A stretch of DNA of 62,781 nucleotides, filler included, from Sluysia triapertura (GCA_046118255.1; 5 parts of 5 records of this genome joined end to end with filler, not necessarily neighbours in it), one strand, 5' to 3'; counted from the first letter of the whole stretch, positions 1 through 12,560 are shown. Numbers and translations: made by a program. Notes: generated by a model from the letters alone, not told the origin.

Positions 1-276
1 TTAATTTTTTAAGTCGCGTTAAAATCCTACGAAGACGTCCTTTTATAAGATAAAACGTTTATCGTAGGCGAACCCATCTTAAGAATAATCATAATTGTTT
101 CTTTGACATAAAAAGCGAACAAAAGTAAGAACCATATTAAAATCTTTATAAAATAAAACCTTTTAATAATAAAGTCCTCCACTTAATAAATACTAAGACA
201 TAGGAAACTTCTTAATACTACACCTCCAATTGTCTTAATTAGCTCTACTCATAAAATCCAACGGTTGGCCCTAACA
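1..276 (-). mobile_element. Terminus of a TGT...ACA-ended repeat (partial, runs off the window)
   Basis: Ends in GGTTGGCCCTAACA (263-276), the reverse complement of TGTTAGGGCCAACC, which resembles the arm-family terminus. A related TTAGGGCCAGCTGTTGGATTTT occurs at ~51296, and AAAACGTTTATCGTAGGCGAACCC (~52-75) resembles AAAGCGTTCACTAGAGGCGAACCC (~58859-58882). Confidence 0.4.
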
Positions 277-2359
277 TGTAAGTCCAATAAGTTTTTGAAC
301 TCACGTTAAAGTTAAATTACGTTATTCTGTTACTCACAGATTTCTTACAATTAAATTGTCTTTTACGTACACACTATACAATTCATATTTGATGTTATAA
401 ATTATTTCATCTGTTGGATCTTTATTACAATGTATAAAAGTTTTGATTTTACCATTATTAATATTAAATTTATTCCATATTCATTACTAATTATGTCAAG
501 GTACAATTAATGTTTTTATTTATTGATTTATTTTAATAATTTACTTTATGTATTGTAAATTTGTATTTTATACTTTAAATAATTATTTATATTATAATGA
601 AATAAAATAATTTTATAAATTGTACAAAATAGTTTATAAATTTTAAATAAAAATTTTTAATAATATATATAAAACTAATACTTGGAAAATATGAAATATC
701 AAATTTTATTTCAATTAATTAATTTTACAAATGAAACATTCCAATATGGCTTCTCTAAATTCTATATAAATAGGAAAGATTTTTTATGCTAAAACACACA
801 AAAACTTTAGAAAAGAAAATTCAGTGGAAAAGACTTTGAAAAGAAATATTAATTCCATAAGTGTCGAGTAACATTTTTTGATAAGTTTTAAGTTTCGTTT
901 TAATATAAGAAACATAAAATATACGTAATATTTTATTTTCGATGCAAGACCTTAATATGGCTAGCATAAGTATTTTATAAATTACCATACGACCAATCAA
1001 GGTTGAGTCGCTATTAAATTCACTATCTCTATTATATTTTGCTTTGATATTGTATATTTGTTTACTTTTCAAGTATCAATATTAATAAGCCTTAAGTTTA
1101 TCTGTCTTAATTATTTGATAACTTCGCTAACGTTGTGAAATAACATTTTTAAAACACCTTAATACAGGTTGCTTAAGTATAAATTCATAATTTAATTAAC
1201 ACCTCGTAAAGGGTTGTATTATAAATTAATCTAATTAAAGACTTATATTTTATTAGTAAATTTATAAGTCATATAAACAGTAAGATGCAAGTAAAGCTAT
1301 TTTAAGTTAAGTATAAGCCATAAAAATCCTAATAGCACGTATCCAATATTGGTATAATCCGTGTATATTAGGCGGACCGACTCCTCAGATATTTTGTAAA
1401 TAGGTTAACTTCTTTCATTGAAAAGCTTGCAATTCTATTTCATATTTAATTTTATTTATTGAAAAGCGTCGTAATGTAAATTTCAAGGGACAAATTACCC
1501 TAAAAATATAAAACTTAAAATACTTAGACATAAAAAGTGCATCAGGTGACAATAAACATAAAAACCACACTAATCTCTCCAACCCGACTTTTGGAATAAA
1601 AATGATTGTCTTATTTAATTTCATTATCTTTTAACGATTTATTATATATAAAATCATCAGATATATATAATTATTTCACGTTTACATCAGTGAAATATAT
1701 AAATCTAAAGATCCCACCATATTTCAATATAACAAGCATTAAGCATACATCCTAACAGACTTAATAAATTTTCATCACAAAGTTTATACGGATCTTTAAT
1801 TTACATATATATTTTATAATAATTTTGATAATTACAAAAATACAACATAGACATTAAGTATTTATATCAAATAAAATTTTTTTAATGTTAGTTCTTCATG
1901 GATCAATTTAGAATGGACGTATGATAATTTTTGGATTTGGATATCAGCAGCATGACTACAACCAAAATAATTTTTTACATTGCATGATCTTGTGGAAATT
2001 GATGATTTTGTATATCCATATTCGAGTTGAAATATACCAGCTAAAATTAAAAAGTATCTACTTTGGCAATCATAGATTCTAATTGTTCGTCTGAAGGATA
2101 TTCAGCTAAACTGTTGCCCATTAGAAGAAGCCCTCCTAGATCAATTAATATACAAATACTTCTTATTAATACTTTATATTAATGCTCACTCAATTGATAG
2201 TTCGATTTAAAAATAATCAGTTATTTATTTTTGAAAGATCAAAATTCTAAAATATTTTTTAATACGTTCAATTCTGATTTTTATTTTTTAAAATTTTCGT
2301 CGTATCCAATTTTTTTATTGGTTCTTGTAAAGTCAATTTGAAATTGCTTGAAATACGTG

Positions 2360-3385
2360 CAGTGACTAAGTAGTGGCTGACATACTGTATTGTCTCACTA
2401 GTGACAATAATAATGATAGTAACTAGATTTTTTGTGGAGATTAATTAATGTTTATTATTATCATTATTATAATATGATATTCTTTGATTTGTAAATTTTA
2501 TTGTTATTATACTTATTTTCGAGTTACAATAAAAAAAATACGAATAAACGTAAGATTGTTTCTTCATTGTCTTCTTTTATAATCTTGTTTTTAAAATATT
2601 TTTTATGCTTTACAAATAATTGTGTCTTTCCATTTAAATTTGCTGAATTTGCAACAACTTTATTTTCCTCAATTTCCTTTATCCTCATCGATTTTGATGT
2701 CTGATAAAATTAATGATTTATAAGTCATTTGATGTGTTGTCATTTCTCGAGCTTTTGTTTATCTATTCTGGTATATTATGGCTTCTTTTTATTGTTCTGT
2801 GGATCATATACTGATAGGGCTGTTTATTGTCGCTTCTTAACATTGGGTTGTAACGGAACAGTAGGTTGATAGAACTGGCATAAACTCGATGGATAAAAAT
2901 GTTGGTCTGATTAAAATAACCGGCATTATCATTAGTAGAATAATTATCGTAATTATAATTACTGCCGTTGTAATGCATGATTATAATTATTCTACGTAAA
3001 GATATTCATCCACAGAAATAGTCACTCACTTAACTTAAATACACTTCACTTTTATTCTTTTGTTTCTTCACATGTTTGAATTAACTTAAATTAAATTCTT
3101 CTAAATGTTCACTGTGATCTTAAATTGTAAAGAAGCTTTGCTTTTGAAATTTGTAATTGAATTTTCGCGTATTCTTTAGTTGAGAAAAGAGTAAGTTATG
3201 ATAGAATAATTTGAGTTGCTTTATGGAAATTCAATTATCATATTATTTGTTAATGGATATTTTTAAAATTTTAAGGTTTTGTGTTGGGCTATTTGTGTGT
3301 TAGGCTTAATGTTCTGTTGTTGTGAACATGATGTTTTGTTGATTTGTTTATGCGTAAAATTCTAAATTAACGTTGAACTACCACA
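2360..3385 (-). mobile_element. Diverged copy of the dispersed arm family
   Basis: Right end ACGTTGAACTACCACA resembles AGGTTGGCCACCACA at 12546-12560. The plus strand is GT-rich at 3240-3350. The inner motif (minus strand TAGTTACTATCATTATT...AGTCACT) matches 58679-58757. Confidence 0.45.
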
Positions 3386-3831
3386 CTTTATAAGATTACA
3401 ATCACCAAAAACTGGAATAATTTTTCAGTGCCACGTGCATTACACAACTTTGTTAGATTATTATTCATTATATCAGTAATATTTGTTTTACTTTGATATA
3501 ATTCTACATTTGTATACTTGCTTCATTAAGGCTCATAAGTGCAGCATTAATTTTAAAAAAATATTTCATAATACACATACGCATTATTGAAACAAATTTC
3601 GAGAACCAAGGAAACATTAACATCAATCGATTGAAATCCAAATTTAATAATGTTTAATGCAGTCAGGCTATATCAGTATAAGTACAAATGTCGTGTAATA
3701 CAGTTCGAAGTTATTTCAATAAGTTCAGATTTCATATCAAGTCACTAGAAAATAATTGAAGACGTGAAAGGATTGCATGAAATATATAAAAATAACTTTA
3801 AAATATCAAAATCAAAAATTATTTAATTATA

Positions 3832-4659
3832 TTATAAGTCACTTAGAATTTTACGGTTATATTGTTTTAAGCGACTAACTTCATTTTCTAACTGCTTCCT
3901 TTTACGAATACTTATGGAACGTTTTTGAGACTTTGTTTTACCGTATTTTATTTTTGTAGTAGACCGAGATGCAACATTTTGAAACAAATTTGTTTTAACA
4001 TCTGATAAATTACTTGAATTTAAAACAATATCACTAGAACTAGTTGTACTTCCTTTTTTTATTAGTCTTTTTTTTCTCACTGGCTCATCGATAATAATAT
4101 CTGATTCATGTATTTCATGAATAATATCATCTATAACCTTATTATTACAAAGGCTAGTAATATCGTTATCATCCATTTTTTTAGATTCATTAAATTTAGA
4201 ATTAACGGAATTGAACACAGAAGGTTCTTCTACTGGGTTTTCACTGGAAATACTTATTCGATTTTGAACATTATTATCATCAATGATCATATTATCTGAT
4301 TCTCGTATTTCTTTAATAATATCATCAACGGAACTTGCATGGCATAATGGTTCTAATTCTTTAGTCATAACATTTTTAGTTCCCTTGGAAATCTTAAGCA
4401 AATCTGGTTCGTTAATTTCTTGTTTCGAAGAAGTGTTACTACCACTTGCAACACGATCCAAGATACTATGTAAGGCAGCAGAAACACTACTTAAAATATT
4501 TTTTGTTGTCTTAAAATTTGTTTTGTATCCCTGAGTAACTTGGTACAGCCACTGATCCATGCGCTGGGCAATTATTTCAGAATCGCCATTTGGTAAATAA
4601 CCATTCTTTCTAAATTTATAAAAATGACAATGTATTAAATTTAATATTAGGTTAGTCAT
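3832..4659 (-). CDS. Low-complexity S/N/K-rich ORF, probably a 3' exon of the ZCCHC7-like gene
   Basis: 275-codon ORF directly downstream of the zinc-knuckle gene on the same strand, with a plausible TTTAG acceptor near 4610 and an internal duplication VDDIIKEIRESD / IDDIIHEIHESD. Splicing between 4610 and 4860 was not resolved by eye. Confidence 0.5.
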   Translation of the reverse strand: MTNLILNLIHCHFYKFRKNGYLPNGDSEIIAQRMDQWLYQVTQGYKTNFKTTKNILSSVSAALHSILDRVASGSNTSSKQEINEPDLLKISKGTKNVMTKELEPLCHASSVDDIIKEIRESDNMIIDDNNVQNRISISSENPVEEPSVFNSVNSKFNESKKMDDNDITSLCNNKVIDDIIHEIHESDIIIDEPVRKKRLIKKGSTTSSSDIVLNSSNLSDVKTNLFQNVASRSTTKIKYGKTKSQKRSISIRKRKQLENEVSRLKQYNRKILSDL

Positions 4660-4787
4660 ACGTCAAACTTAATCTCTTAATGCCTAATCAAACTTATGCG
4701 AAGGAATTTCAAAAGAAATTTTTCTTTATAAAAAAACACACTGGTAGATAAACTAAACGTGGAAAACTCTATGAAGATTATAATTAA

Positions 4788-6184
4788 TCAGATAAATAAT
4801 TTTATATACAGTCTGCTTTTAATCAAATACTGTATTTTATTTAAAAAATAAACTAACAAAAAATTTTTCAATTTATTTCTTAAACGTCTTCGTAATTGAG
4901 TTGGAATTGTTAGCATACCTTCTGTTTCGTCAGGAAAAATTTGTTTTAAAATTTTACTATTTATAGGTGGTAGTTTAGATAACTTTTCATCTAATGTTTC
5001 TAATGATAGTAATTCATTAACACTATTCACTTCAGGAATCTTAGACCGATTTTGCCGATTGGTTTTATTTTCTTCAACAATTGAAGTAACATTTAAATCC
5101 GAAAAAATAGGATCGACAAAATTAGATGAAACATTTGATATATCAGAGACTGTGTAAGAAAAATTTGTTTTTTCGTACACACAACTTTTGTCAAACTTAA
5201 TTATTTCCATAATTGGAGTTGGACCATTAAATAATGAGAACATTCGCTTTCCAGTACACTGGTCTGTAAAATGGCCCCGTTTCGCACAGTTGGCACAGTA
5301 GACAGATTTCTTATATTGACTTGATATATGTTTTACTAAAGGAGGCTTATTTGGTACTAATGTGTACCTGTACTGCCGCCAAACATCAGAGCAATTCTAA
5401 AAATTAATAATTAAATAAATAAAAACAACTTCTTCGGAATGACCTTTCTGTGAACACCTACTACATATTGTTTTGATCAAAGTATTTCTGTATGGACACT
5501 TTTTAGATTTATGATCGAAACTAAAGCAAGAATAACAAATAGAATGCGGGCACCTTCGAGAAATATGACCTTCTCGTCCACACAATATACAAACTGGGGC
5601 TGATCTTTTGCATTCGTTCCTCGTATGTCCTTTCTTTTCACATATATCACAGTAATTTGGAACCAAATTATCGTAATATCTAGTTTGATGCCTCATCACA
5701 ACATCCATATCATTGATTGCCCATTTGTCATCTTTTTTCGTAAAAAAGATAGAGTTTCTATAATCTTGGCAATTACTTACGGTAATTTCATTTTTATTTC
5801 CATAATTAATTAAAGAATCGCTTAAATTATTACTAATTGCATTGTAATCAAAATCACAGTGCGCATTAATAAGCACATCTGTCTCAATGTTAGTATTCAG
5901 TTCTGATTCTGAATCTGACGTTTCACAAGGACTGCTGTAATTTTTTAAATTAGAATAACTTTTAATTGAATTATTAGATTTCTCATTTAATTGAGAATTA
6001 CCTAAAATACAGTAAACTACAAAATAGAAAACTAACTTCTTACGATATTCTTCTCCAAAGAATCAGAAATAGATTCGGAAGCATCTGAATAACGCGATAA
6101 TTTTGAATAAATAATTTCAACTGAATTATTACTACTAGTACTACTATCACTTATAGAATTTATATCTGTATCAAAAAATTCCAT
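4788..6184 (-). CDS. ZCCHC7: Air1/Air2-ZCCHC7-like zinc-knuckle protein (TRAMP complex); exons 6184-6037, 6001-5430, 5396-~4860
   Basis: Five CX2CX4HX4C knuckles (CDICEKKGHTRNEC, CILCGREGHISRRC, CYSCFSFDHKSKKC, CSRCSQKGHSEENC, CANCAKRGHFTDQC). The Air-family IWRxY-type motif (CSDVWRQY) lies between knuckles 4 and 5. GT-AG introns of 35 bp (6036-6002) and 33 bp (5429-5397) keep the frame. Confidence 0.85.
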
Positions 6185-6371
6185 GATTTCAAATTAAAAA
6201 TATTTAAACAAAAAATATACATCTTAATATTTATCATTCTCATATTATTGTATGATTTATGTTTTTCTTTGTAATAAAATATATAAAATATATGTATTAG
6301 TTATTTTAATAAATTTAGTTATTTCAATAACTGTATTCAGTTACCATCTAATGCAAGTTGTTCTTGTATAT

Positions 6372-7075
6372 CACTGGTGCCAAACACGCGGCCAGCAAGT
6401 ACTTGAGATGCGGCCTGAGACTTGATAACAATGTATAAAATAATTTCATTTTAGGATTGATATAAACTATTTTTAATTTATTAAAATATTTGAATGTTAA
6501 TAAATATTTATTATATTAATGGATATATTTAAAATTAGAAAAAATTATTTTGCAGTAAAGAATTTTTGTAAATGAGTTAAATTTAAAACTTCATGATCGA
6601 AATAAAGCTATCACACAGGCATGGGAGTTTATAAAAGCATTTAAATTAAAACTGGCAATTTGGAAAAAACAATTAAAAATTGTGATTTAGTTTATTTTGC
6701 CCCTTGTAAAAGTTATAAAGTTATATTAATTGTAATTTTGTCAAACATACTTCATATTTTGACGATCTGTTAGAATTTGAAATAAGATTCAAGAGTTTGA
6801 AGAAGATTTTTTGTTGTCAATGCCCCGTTTTCGCATAATGCTGAAAAATTCAAGCAGCAAAGTGCAAATGGAGTTAGTAGAAATTCATGTGCGGCAATTT
6901 AAGAAAAATATAACGAATTAGGCGTAGTCGAGTTTTCGTATTTGCCTGAAAACTTTAATGAAATGCGACTGTTTGCTTCAAGAATTATTGCGATGTTTGG
7001 AAGCTTTTTCTTTGTTGAAAATCAATAAATCAATAATTTAAGAGTTCGCCTGTGATCCCAGTCATATACAATGAA
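6372..7075 (+). mobile_element. Decayed hAT DNA transposon (SPIN/Buster/GTF2IRD2-like transposase fragments)
   Basis: Frameshifted pieces VNELNLKLHDRNKAITQAWEFIKAFKLKLAIWKKQL, KVQMELVEI and YLPENFNEMRLFASRIIAMFGS match the SPIN/GTF2IRD2 C-terminal region. The left end CACTGGTGCCAAACACGCGGCC is hAT-TIR-like and follows TTGTATAT (Buster-type nnnTAnnn). No right TIR was found. Confidence 0.75.
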
Positions 7076-9081
7076 AGCCTCATTCTCCGAGTTTTAAATG
7101 TAAAGTTATAGAGGTGCTAATGAACTTGTGCGTCAGAAAACTATTGTTATTTTGTAGCACTATTGTAAGTGAAATGTTAATGATCAATTTGAACTTATAG
7201 CTTAACTGAAAATTTGATTTAATTTGAGTTTAGCAAAAATAGTTAATGGTTCTTTATCCTCGTATTATTGATGTTAAAATTAAAAAGTGACTTTTAGCAC
7301 CGTATTTAAACCGGTGTGAAAATAATATTACAAAATGACTTGTTTTTCAATTTTAAAACTACATAATTTATTTGTGTTATTTTAAAGCCCAGTAAAAGGG
7401 CTTGCAAAAGTGGTACGCGTAGTTTAAATCTGTTTGGGGGGTTTATACTATTCAAACGAAAGGACTAATGCTTAAAATTTTTGCTATATATTTTACTAGT
7501 GAAAAATTACACAAGTTAATTTAGGTCAATTTTAAACCACATTAAATCCGTTAATTAAATGCGTCTGATGATATTAGAATCAGTAAAAGTATAAAGAATC
7601 GGTGTTATGACTAAATTACAACTAAATTTTTTCAATAAAATCGATGACGGTGTTTTAATTGAGCTTCAGTGATGAATAAAATCGTAGCAAAATCTTTCAG
7701 TTAATTTATTTAAAAGTATTTTTTTGAATCAATACTTTTGTTGATTTTCCAAAATAATTTGTAAATTAATTAAGGATGGTTCACTGTAAATAGTGAATTT
7801 AAAGTAATGAATTAAGTTTGGTAAATTGTTTATATTGAAAAACAGAATTGTACTGAAAAATAGAATTATATTAAAATTGTGAACAAACGATTGAATTGTA
7901 TTCAAAAATGATTTAGAATGAATGCGTTTGGTCGCGCTTATTTACACACTTTTACCGAGTGCGCATGCACTCAATTCCATTGGCCATGGTTATACGTAAT
8001 AATGCAGACAAATGTGAGTACATATGTACTCTTTGTAATGAATATTTTGGTAATAAAGCTTAATCAAAATCACCATCATCATTATTATTATTGTTATTAT
8101 TATTACATTTTTATTATTTTAATTATATTACATTATTTTATTATTTTGCATTACATTATTTTTATTAATATTATTTTTCTGATGTTTACGATCCTGACAT
8201 ATATAAATCAAATTAAAATCGTTTACATAAATTAATAAGACTCTTCGATGATTTAGAGATCTAAGATTAATTTTTACATTAAGAATTGCCCATTTTAGTT
8301 ACAGATATGTCCACAATAGGTCGTAAGGCCTATACTGTAATCAAACACTGCTAAAAGTTTTTGTACCATAAGTAAAGTTTCAGCAAAAGTAAATGTAAAA
8401 CTAAAAAATAACTAAAAAAACATATCTTAAATTTAAACGTTTTAAATTTAAATGTTTTAAATTTAAACTTCTTAAATTTTAATAAATCTTAATATATATG
8501 CACCATCTCATACTTGGTTCACTCTTGCTGCATTATTTCACATATATAAAATATGATATTAATTAAAATTTCTATTAACGTTTTCCAGCATGAAATAAGC
8601 TAAGTTACACTAAAAACATTTAATTAAAACATTCTTACATTAAACGCAGCCTTGGCAAAAAACCTTCATATATGCTGTGGTTTTCTTATTTCCTAAACTG
8701 AGGTGAAATAAAATTGAAAATGATCCGATTTCAGTAAAAGTCTTGTCATAATGAGGGCGTTCCTGTAAGCAAATGCTAAAGCAAATTTTAATATAAAATG
8801 GCTAAGGGTCGTTAATTATTGCTTTAATAGTTAGACATTCTATAATTTTTGGAGAGCCTTGTACTTAGCAATTTACTTAATAATTCTTATAGTGAACTCT
8901 ACTCATACATGACGCAATCTTATACAAAGCCATCAGAAATTAACATTTCATATACAAATAAAACACTTTAAATATTATCTGATTTATACAAAACACACAC
9001 ACACAATCATAATGTATAGTTATCATGAATTATAGTTATTGTTTTCATAATTTCCATTGTAATAATTATTCCTATAATAAT

Positions 9082-10320
9082 TGTAGTGACCAACCTTAAT
9101 AACCACTAAAATTTTATTGTAAAGCAACATTTTTTCCTTTTCATTTCACTACACTTCAACAGTTACACATTCATCTATTACATATTTTTTTTAAAAAATC
9201 AAATTATATTCACAATTTCACAACATCTATATCACAATCATATTCAACATTACCAATTCACATCAACTAATTCATCAGAAACATCACTTGACATTCACAA
9301 TAGTCCAACAAGAAACTCATTCGAAATAATCCATTTGATACTTTTGAACCCTTTATTTTATACTGCACTTTAACAATCAATACCTAATAATTAATAACCT
9401 TTATTCAATAGTTTATTTGCTCAAACCAAGTCACAATCATAAACTTAAACACATAAACCACAATTACATCTAATACCATTCCATAACACCAATAAATCTA
9501 CCCGAAACGCATAAAATACCTACTTCACACCTTCGAATCAATTACAACAGTTCAATTGCACTATTCATATATGCATAATCATCATCAACAGAAAAATACA
9601 ATACTAAAATCACCAAACAAAATAATTACACAAAACACAGTATAATAACACCTTAAATATACAAAAGTTGTATTGCAATTATTCTTAGATTCATTAAATT
9701 ACAATCTTCCCAGTAAACCTTTTTATCCACAATATTTCAACACTTATACCTTATTTTCAATTTTAAACTTCAATCAATATTTAAGAACTTATTCTAACAT
9801 TTTCTATTTTCGACTCAAATCATTTATCATACCTTCAAAGGTGACCTATACCTATCAATTCTTTCGAAACAAATATTACTCGGAAATCTATTCCAAAATA
9901 CAGCTTTAATTCATTTTAATATCTTAGAAACTAATAAGAAATTTAAGAAAAACCCAATACACTTTTAAAGAATTCAAATTTTATAATGAAATAACAACGA
10001 TAACTAGAGCATAGTGTATCTTGTTATCGTTGTTCTTTCATTCAATGTCAGCAGATTTTATTTCATCTTTTATTTGATATGTTTAGAATAAAGATAAAAG
10101 AAAAGAAAGATAATGTCATATTGTTTTCAGAAAAGTTTATGCATTATTTTTATTTCTAATTTCTTTTTATTAATAATAATAATAACAATATTGTTATTGT
10201 TATAATTATTATCAATTTTTCGATTGATATTAATTTAATTAAACTTTTATGAAATGTTACTACCAGCACCAGTATTGACACTACTTATCACATTTTCCAT
10301 TAACGTGTCAATACTGATAA
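9082..10320 (+). mobile_element. Arm-family copy (TGTAGTGACCAACCT terminus, CA-rich arm, inner hairpin)
   Basis: Terminus at 9082 followed by AAATTTTAT. The plus strand is C/A-rich. The block ATATGTTTAGAATAAA...AAGTTTATGCATT (~10077-10144) is shared with the other copies. Confidence 0.65.
10270..10316. repeat. 12-bp perfect inverted repeat CAGTATTGACAC-N23-GTGTCAATACTG
   Basis: Read directly. Its counterpart at 58704-58749 carries compensatory changes. Confidence 0.85.
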
Positions 10321-10337
10321 TTATGTCTTCTTAAACA

Positions 10338-10395
10338 TCATCCAATCAGGACAGATTTCACTCATTAGTCTCTTTTTAAAGCCCTGATTGGATGA
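10338..10395. promoter_or_regulatory. Inverted CCAAT-box pair TCATCCAATCAGG-N32-CCTGATTGGATGA upstream of a cargo ORF
   Basis: 13-bp perfect inverted repeat containing CCAATCAG (NF-Y-type consensus), 180 bp upstream of ORF 10575. It recurs at 16563-16618 and, diverged, at 26738-26790. The promoter role is inferred. Confidence 0.55.
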
Positions 10396-10574
10396 CCAAC
10401 CAAAAACAAAAAATTTTAAATAATCAAAGGAAAAAAGATAAAAATTACCACAATATTGAATTATTAACGAATAATTGTCACTATATCGAATTTTAAGTGT
10501 AAAAGTGTCTCAATATTGAATTTTTTACTTAACGTTATATCAATCAAATTAATATCAATTCTAATTCACAAAAT

Positions 10575-10995
10575 ATGAATTATCAGATTAGACAACAAAT
10601 ATATAATTATAGTGGTCCCTATGAAGTCACAGATCATGACATTTCAACTGATAATGAGATATATAAACTATTTGGATTATTTACAGAAGATACAAATGTT
10701 CCGGTACTATGTCTAGATAAATTGCGTATTCCAACACAAGTTGTTAAGATGTGTATGATACAAGTTAACAAAACGTTTGTTCAAATTAAACAAGTTATTG
10801 AATATGTCAAAGTCCTAAGATGCAAAGGTGAAAATGTAGACCCGAACGCTGCGTTTTTGAAAGATGCACGAGGAAATTTTCAGAACCCTACATTATGTGT
10901 AATTAAAAATGTGGACACTGAAACTAATCATAGTCATGCTTTAAGAATAAAATCAATCGCGGCTAATTTTGATAAGCCTAATTCTCCGGAAATTA
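10575..10995 (+). CDS. Unknown cargo protein family A, copy 1 (truncated by the assembly spacer)
   Basis: Intronless ORF, clearly paralogous to 16776-17366 (PYEV, STDNEI, CLDKL, MIQVN, IEYVK, FLKD.R.NFQ, LCVIK, ETN.SH, DKP..PEI). No known domain recognised. Confidence 0.55.
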
Positions 10996-11095
10996 NNNNN
11001 NNNNNNNNNNNNNNNNNNNNNNNNNNNNNNNNNNNNNNNTTAATTAATTAANNNNNNNNNNNNNNNNNNNNNNNNNNNNNNNNNNNNNNNNNNNN
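10996..11095. other. Artificial contig spacer N44-TTAATTAATTAA-N44
   Basis: Exactly 100 bp with a six-frame-stop linker; identical at four places. Confidence 0.98.
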
Positions 11096-11416
11096 AAATT
11101 ATACTTGATATACTGACTATTGAAATTATTAAGGTTTAAGCTGATCAAGATAATAATATTGATTTGTAATAAAAAACAGATTTTAAAGACGCAACATTGC
11201 GAACATTTGAAAGAATTAAATAAATATGAAATAGACATTGATTATATAATATAATTATTAAAAAATTATCATGGTTTTTATTAACGATTAAGGTAGAAAG
11301 AAAATAAATCACCTTAGGAAGACTAATTATCGCAGAAACCCTCAGATAGTTTAAAAGATTAAGATATTACTAAGCTGATAATCTCCTTAGGATAAACATT
11401 ACTATAAGAAACATGT

Positions 11417-11505
11417 AATTATATAATATAATTATACTATGAATTATATATATTAATTATACTATAATAATATACTACATAATTATACTATATAATTATA
11501 CTATG
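11417..11505. repeat. AATTATACTAT-like minisatellite
   Basis: Repeated AATTATA(C)TAT units read directly. Confidence 0.7.
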
Positions 11506-11518
11506 AAGAGTAGACACT

Positions 11519-12560
11519 AACCACTATCAGTAGTGACAATGATTGTAATTGTAAATTAAAATCACCCATTGATATTGGTAACTACCAAAATGATTGATAA
11601 AAATTAAAATTTGTGCTGACAATAATAATAACAATACAGTGTTATTATTAATCATTACAAATAATTACATAAATTCTTTGAATTATTTACAACATAAAGT
11701 TTTCTTATACTCTTTTGTTTATTCTCAACATATTTAGGTTTATTTAGAGCAGTTGAATATCTTTAAATGTCTGAGAGTTAAGTGCTATAGAGTTAAAAAG
11801 TTAGGATCTAGACATTTTGAAATGATATAAATGTTTTACATGGATTTTAAATATACATTGATGTTCTGAATGAAATAATGTTTTTAGCTGAAGATAAGCT
11901 TGAGTATTGAAAGTTATAATTTAATTATTTTGAAATAACATGAGTGTTTAGAATGAATGATAAATGTACATTGGAGTTTTGAATGAAATTAATGTTTAGC
12001 TGTTAGGATTGTGAATTAAAACTGCGTTGAAAAGAGTGTAGTTTAGTGTATAAAAAGGAGATAAATTATAATCTAACTTTTAATATGTTCGAAAGGCGAT
12101 TATACAATGTTAAAAATATGATTTATTTTCTTGATATGTTGGAATAATATTGTCATCTATGCTGTTTGGGATTAAATGACAACAGATCATGAATTTAGAA
12201 TGTTTGGACTGCTTGATTGTGGTTGTGATTGGATTGTTCTGAAATGACAAATAAAATATTTTGATGAATTTTTTAATGTAAACTGATGGTTTTGAATGTC
12301 ATTGTAGATTGTATGTTATGAGATTGTGGACTTAAATTGATTTTAGCTGATGAATTGTTTTAGAGGACGTAGAGGAGATAAATATGAGAATGTTAAAATG
12401 TTCGAGAGTGTGGTTTTTTGTGCAATATGTTGATTTAATTTAATATTGTTTTATGTTAATTTTTGAATGTAAATTGTATATTTTAAGGGTGTGTGTGATT
12501 TTGTTATATTAAGGAGACATTTTTATAAAATTTGATAATAGTGAAAGGTTGGCCACCACA
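11519..12560 (-). mobile_element. Arm-family copy (ends AGGTTGGCCACCACA)
   Basis: Collinear with 26843-27689, e.g. AGTGTAGTTTAGTG...AGGAGATAAATTATA at ~12036 and ~27218, and AACCACTATCAGT(A/G)GTGACA at 11519 and 26844. Confidence 0.8.

Noticed and set aside
7918-8235. 105-aa His/Tyr/Ile-rich ORF
   Set aside because: Low-complexity ATT/CAT-rich sequence with no domain or splice support.
11040-11051. TTAATTAATTAA palindrome recurring four times
   Set aside because: Always centred in exactly 44+44 Ns; an artificial six-frame-stop linker, not biological.
11044-11238. ORF containing an X run (and the X tail of ORF 10575-11051)
   Set aside because: Produced by translating through the N spacer.
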